DNA of 64,000 nucleotides, taken from contig JBNKBE010000006.1 in NCBI GenBank assembly GCA_050287085.1, positions 106,381 through 170,380 on the forward strand, written 5' to 3'. The stretch comes from Polyangiaceae bacterium (GTDB lineage Bacteria > Myxococcota_A > Polyangia > Polyangiales > Polyangiaceae). Of this stretch, positions 62,912 through 64,000 are shown piece after piece. Under the pieces are notes generated by a model that was given only the letters and a program-made list of their open reading frames with translations, was not told the DNA's origin and ran no database searches. Position 1 is the stretch's first letter, and every line of letters starts with the position of its first letter. Made by a program: the position numbers and the translations under genes.

Positions 62912-64000
62912 CTACTTTGACCAAGGATTGACGAGTTCCGCCGGCCGTCGAAACGCTCCTTGCTCGGTGGCACTGTTTTCTGCGGCAGGGTGGGCGCGGT
63001 TTCGGTTGCTCCCGGCTGCGGGTGCAGGGGTGTGGCGCGCCGTCTGCTTGGGCGTGAGCGCCAAGGCTCGCATCCCCTCCCCACTCGCGGCGCGCATTCT
63101 CTGGCTGACTGGCTGTACCACCGAAGAGCTGGGTATGACGCGGGGAGGCGGCAAAACTGCCGCTGCGCCGGAAGCAGCGGACGCCTCGCCCGACGGAGCA
63201 GGCTGCGCCCCGCCGCCCTGGGATTGCGAACCGCCGGCCCGCGCGTTGGGCAACGCGTCCCCTGAGGCCGACTGCTCCCGGGCAGGCACTTCTTCACTGG
63301 CGGCGTCTTCACTGGCGGCGTCGCCCAGGCCAAGGGGCTCACGCAGCGTGACCACAACCCCGCCGCCAAACGCCAGCCCGGCAAGAGCCACGACCAGCCA
63401 CGTGCGGCGGTATTCCACAAACAAGCTGCCGAAGGCACGCCGCGCCTGCCGCTCCGCAAGCATCCCCCGCAGCGCCTCTGCAACGTCCGCCATCGTGGCG
63501 TAACGCGCGGCGGGCTCCTTGGCCAGGCAGCGCAACACAATCGCGTCCAGTTCAACGAGTTCAGCGTCCGCCGCAGCCGACGAGGGTGACGGCGGCAACG
63601 CGCGAAAGTGTTGACTCAGGACTTGGAGGTGGTTGGTGCCCTCAAATGGCGGACGGCCCGTGGACATTTCGAACAGCAGGATGCCCAAAGAGTAGATATC
63701 ACTCGCTGCGGAAACTTCCGCCCCCATAGCCTGCTCAGGACTCATGTAGTGGGGCGTTCCGTGGACCAAACCACGCTGCGTCAATCGCGACTGCCCCGTG
63801 AGGTACGCGAGCCCGAAGTCCACGATCTTCACGGCATCGGCGTGTGTAGAAGGCAACAGCAGGATGTTTTCGGGTTTGAGATCGCGATGGACGACCCCGC
63901 GCAGATGGGCCGCGTGGAGCGCATCTGCCACCTGGAATGCAACTTGAAGCGCTCGAATCAATGGCAAGCGGCCGCGGCGCGTCAATTCTTCACGCAGCGA
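62912..64000 (-). CDS. Membrane Ser/Thr protein kinase (5' end outside window)
   Basis: HRDLKPEN, DFG, GTPHYMSPE, TM; frame open to base 64000. Confidence 0.93.
   Translation of the reverse strand, partial: SLREELTRRGRLPLIRALQVAFQVADALHAAHLRGVVHRDLKPENILLLPSTHADAVKIVDFGLAYLTGQSRLTQRGLVHGTPHYMSPEQAMGAEVSAASDIYSLGILLFEMSTGRPPFEGTNHLQVLSQHFRALPPSPSSAAADAELVELDAIVLRCLAKEPAARYATMADVAEALRGMLAERQARRAFGSLFVEYRRTWLVVALAGLAFGGGVVVTLREPLGLGDAASEDAASEEVPAREQSASGDALPNARAGGSQSQGGGAQPAPSGEASAASGAAAVLPPPRVIPSSSVVQPVSQRMRAASGEGMRALALTPKQTARHTPAPAAGSNRNRAHPAAENSATEQGAFRRPAELVNPWSK

Overview
GC-rich bacterial chromosomal segment, most likely Myxococcota (Polyangia-like). This assignment is inferred from the giant TPR protein, PEGA and DUF4388-type proteins, eukaryotic-like Ser/Thr kinases, a DnaK paralog, multiple pilins with PilG/PilR, and a fused ccoNO. 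Left end (minus strand): a cbb3 oxidase operon (ccoNO-Q-P-G-H-DsbD2-I-S), a sigma54 response regulator and three universal stress proteins. One of these USPs is missing from the ORF track. Three -24/-12 promoters and a shared tandem enhancer motif link these genes. Middle: HIT, acyl-CoA dehydrogenase, aroA, MepA-like peptidase, tRNA-Leu(CAG), kinase, 1.9k-aa TPR protein, pyrC-like/carA/rimO, envelope proteins, pilin cluster, rhomboid, J-protein/DnaK trio, M1 peptidase, glgA-like, argB/rluA/purH, darP. Right end: a zinc-finger-fused ParA with an RHH partner, a dipeptidase, a stand-alone Cys-rich sigma70-region-4 protein with an upstream palindrome of -35-like half-sites, an alpha/beta hydrolase, a REC-DUF4388 protein and a partial kinase. 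No mobile element or CRISPR array was seen. Several proteins lack catalytic residues. All family calls come from motif recognition by eye; no searches were run.
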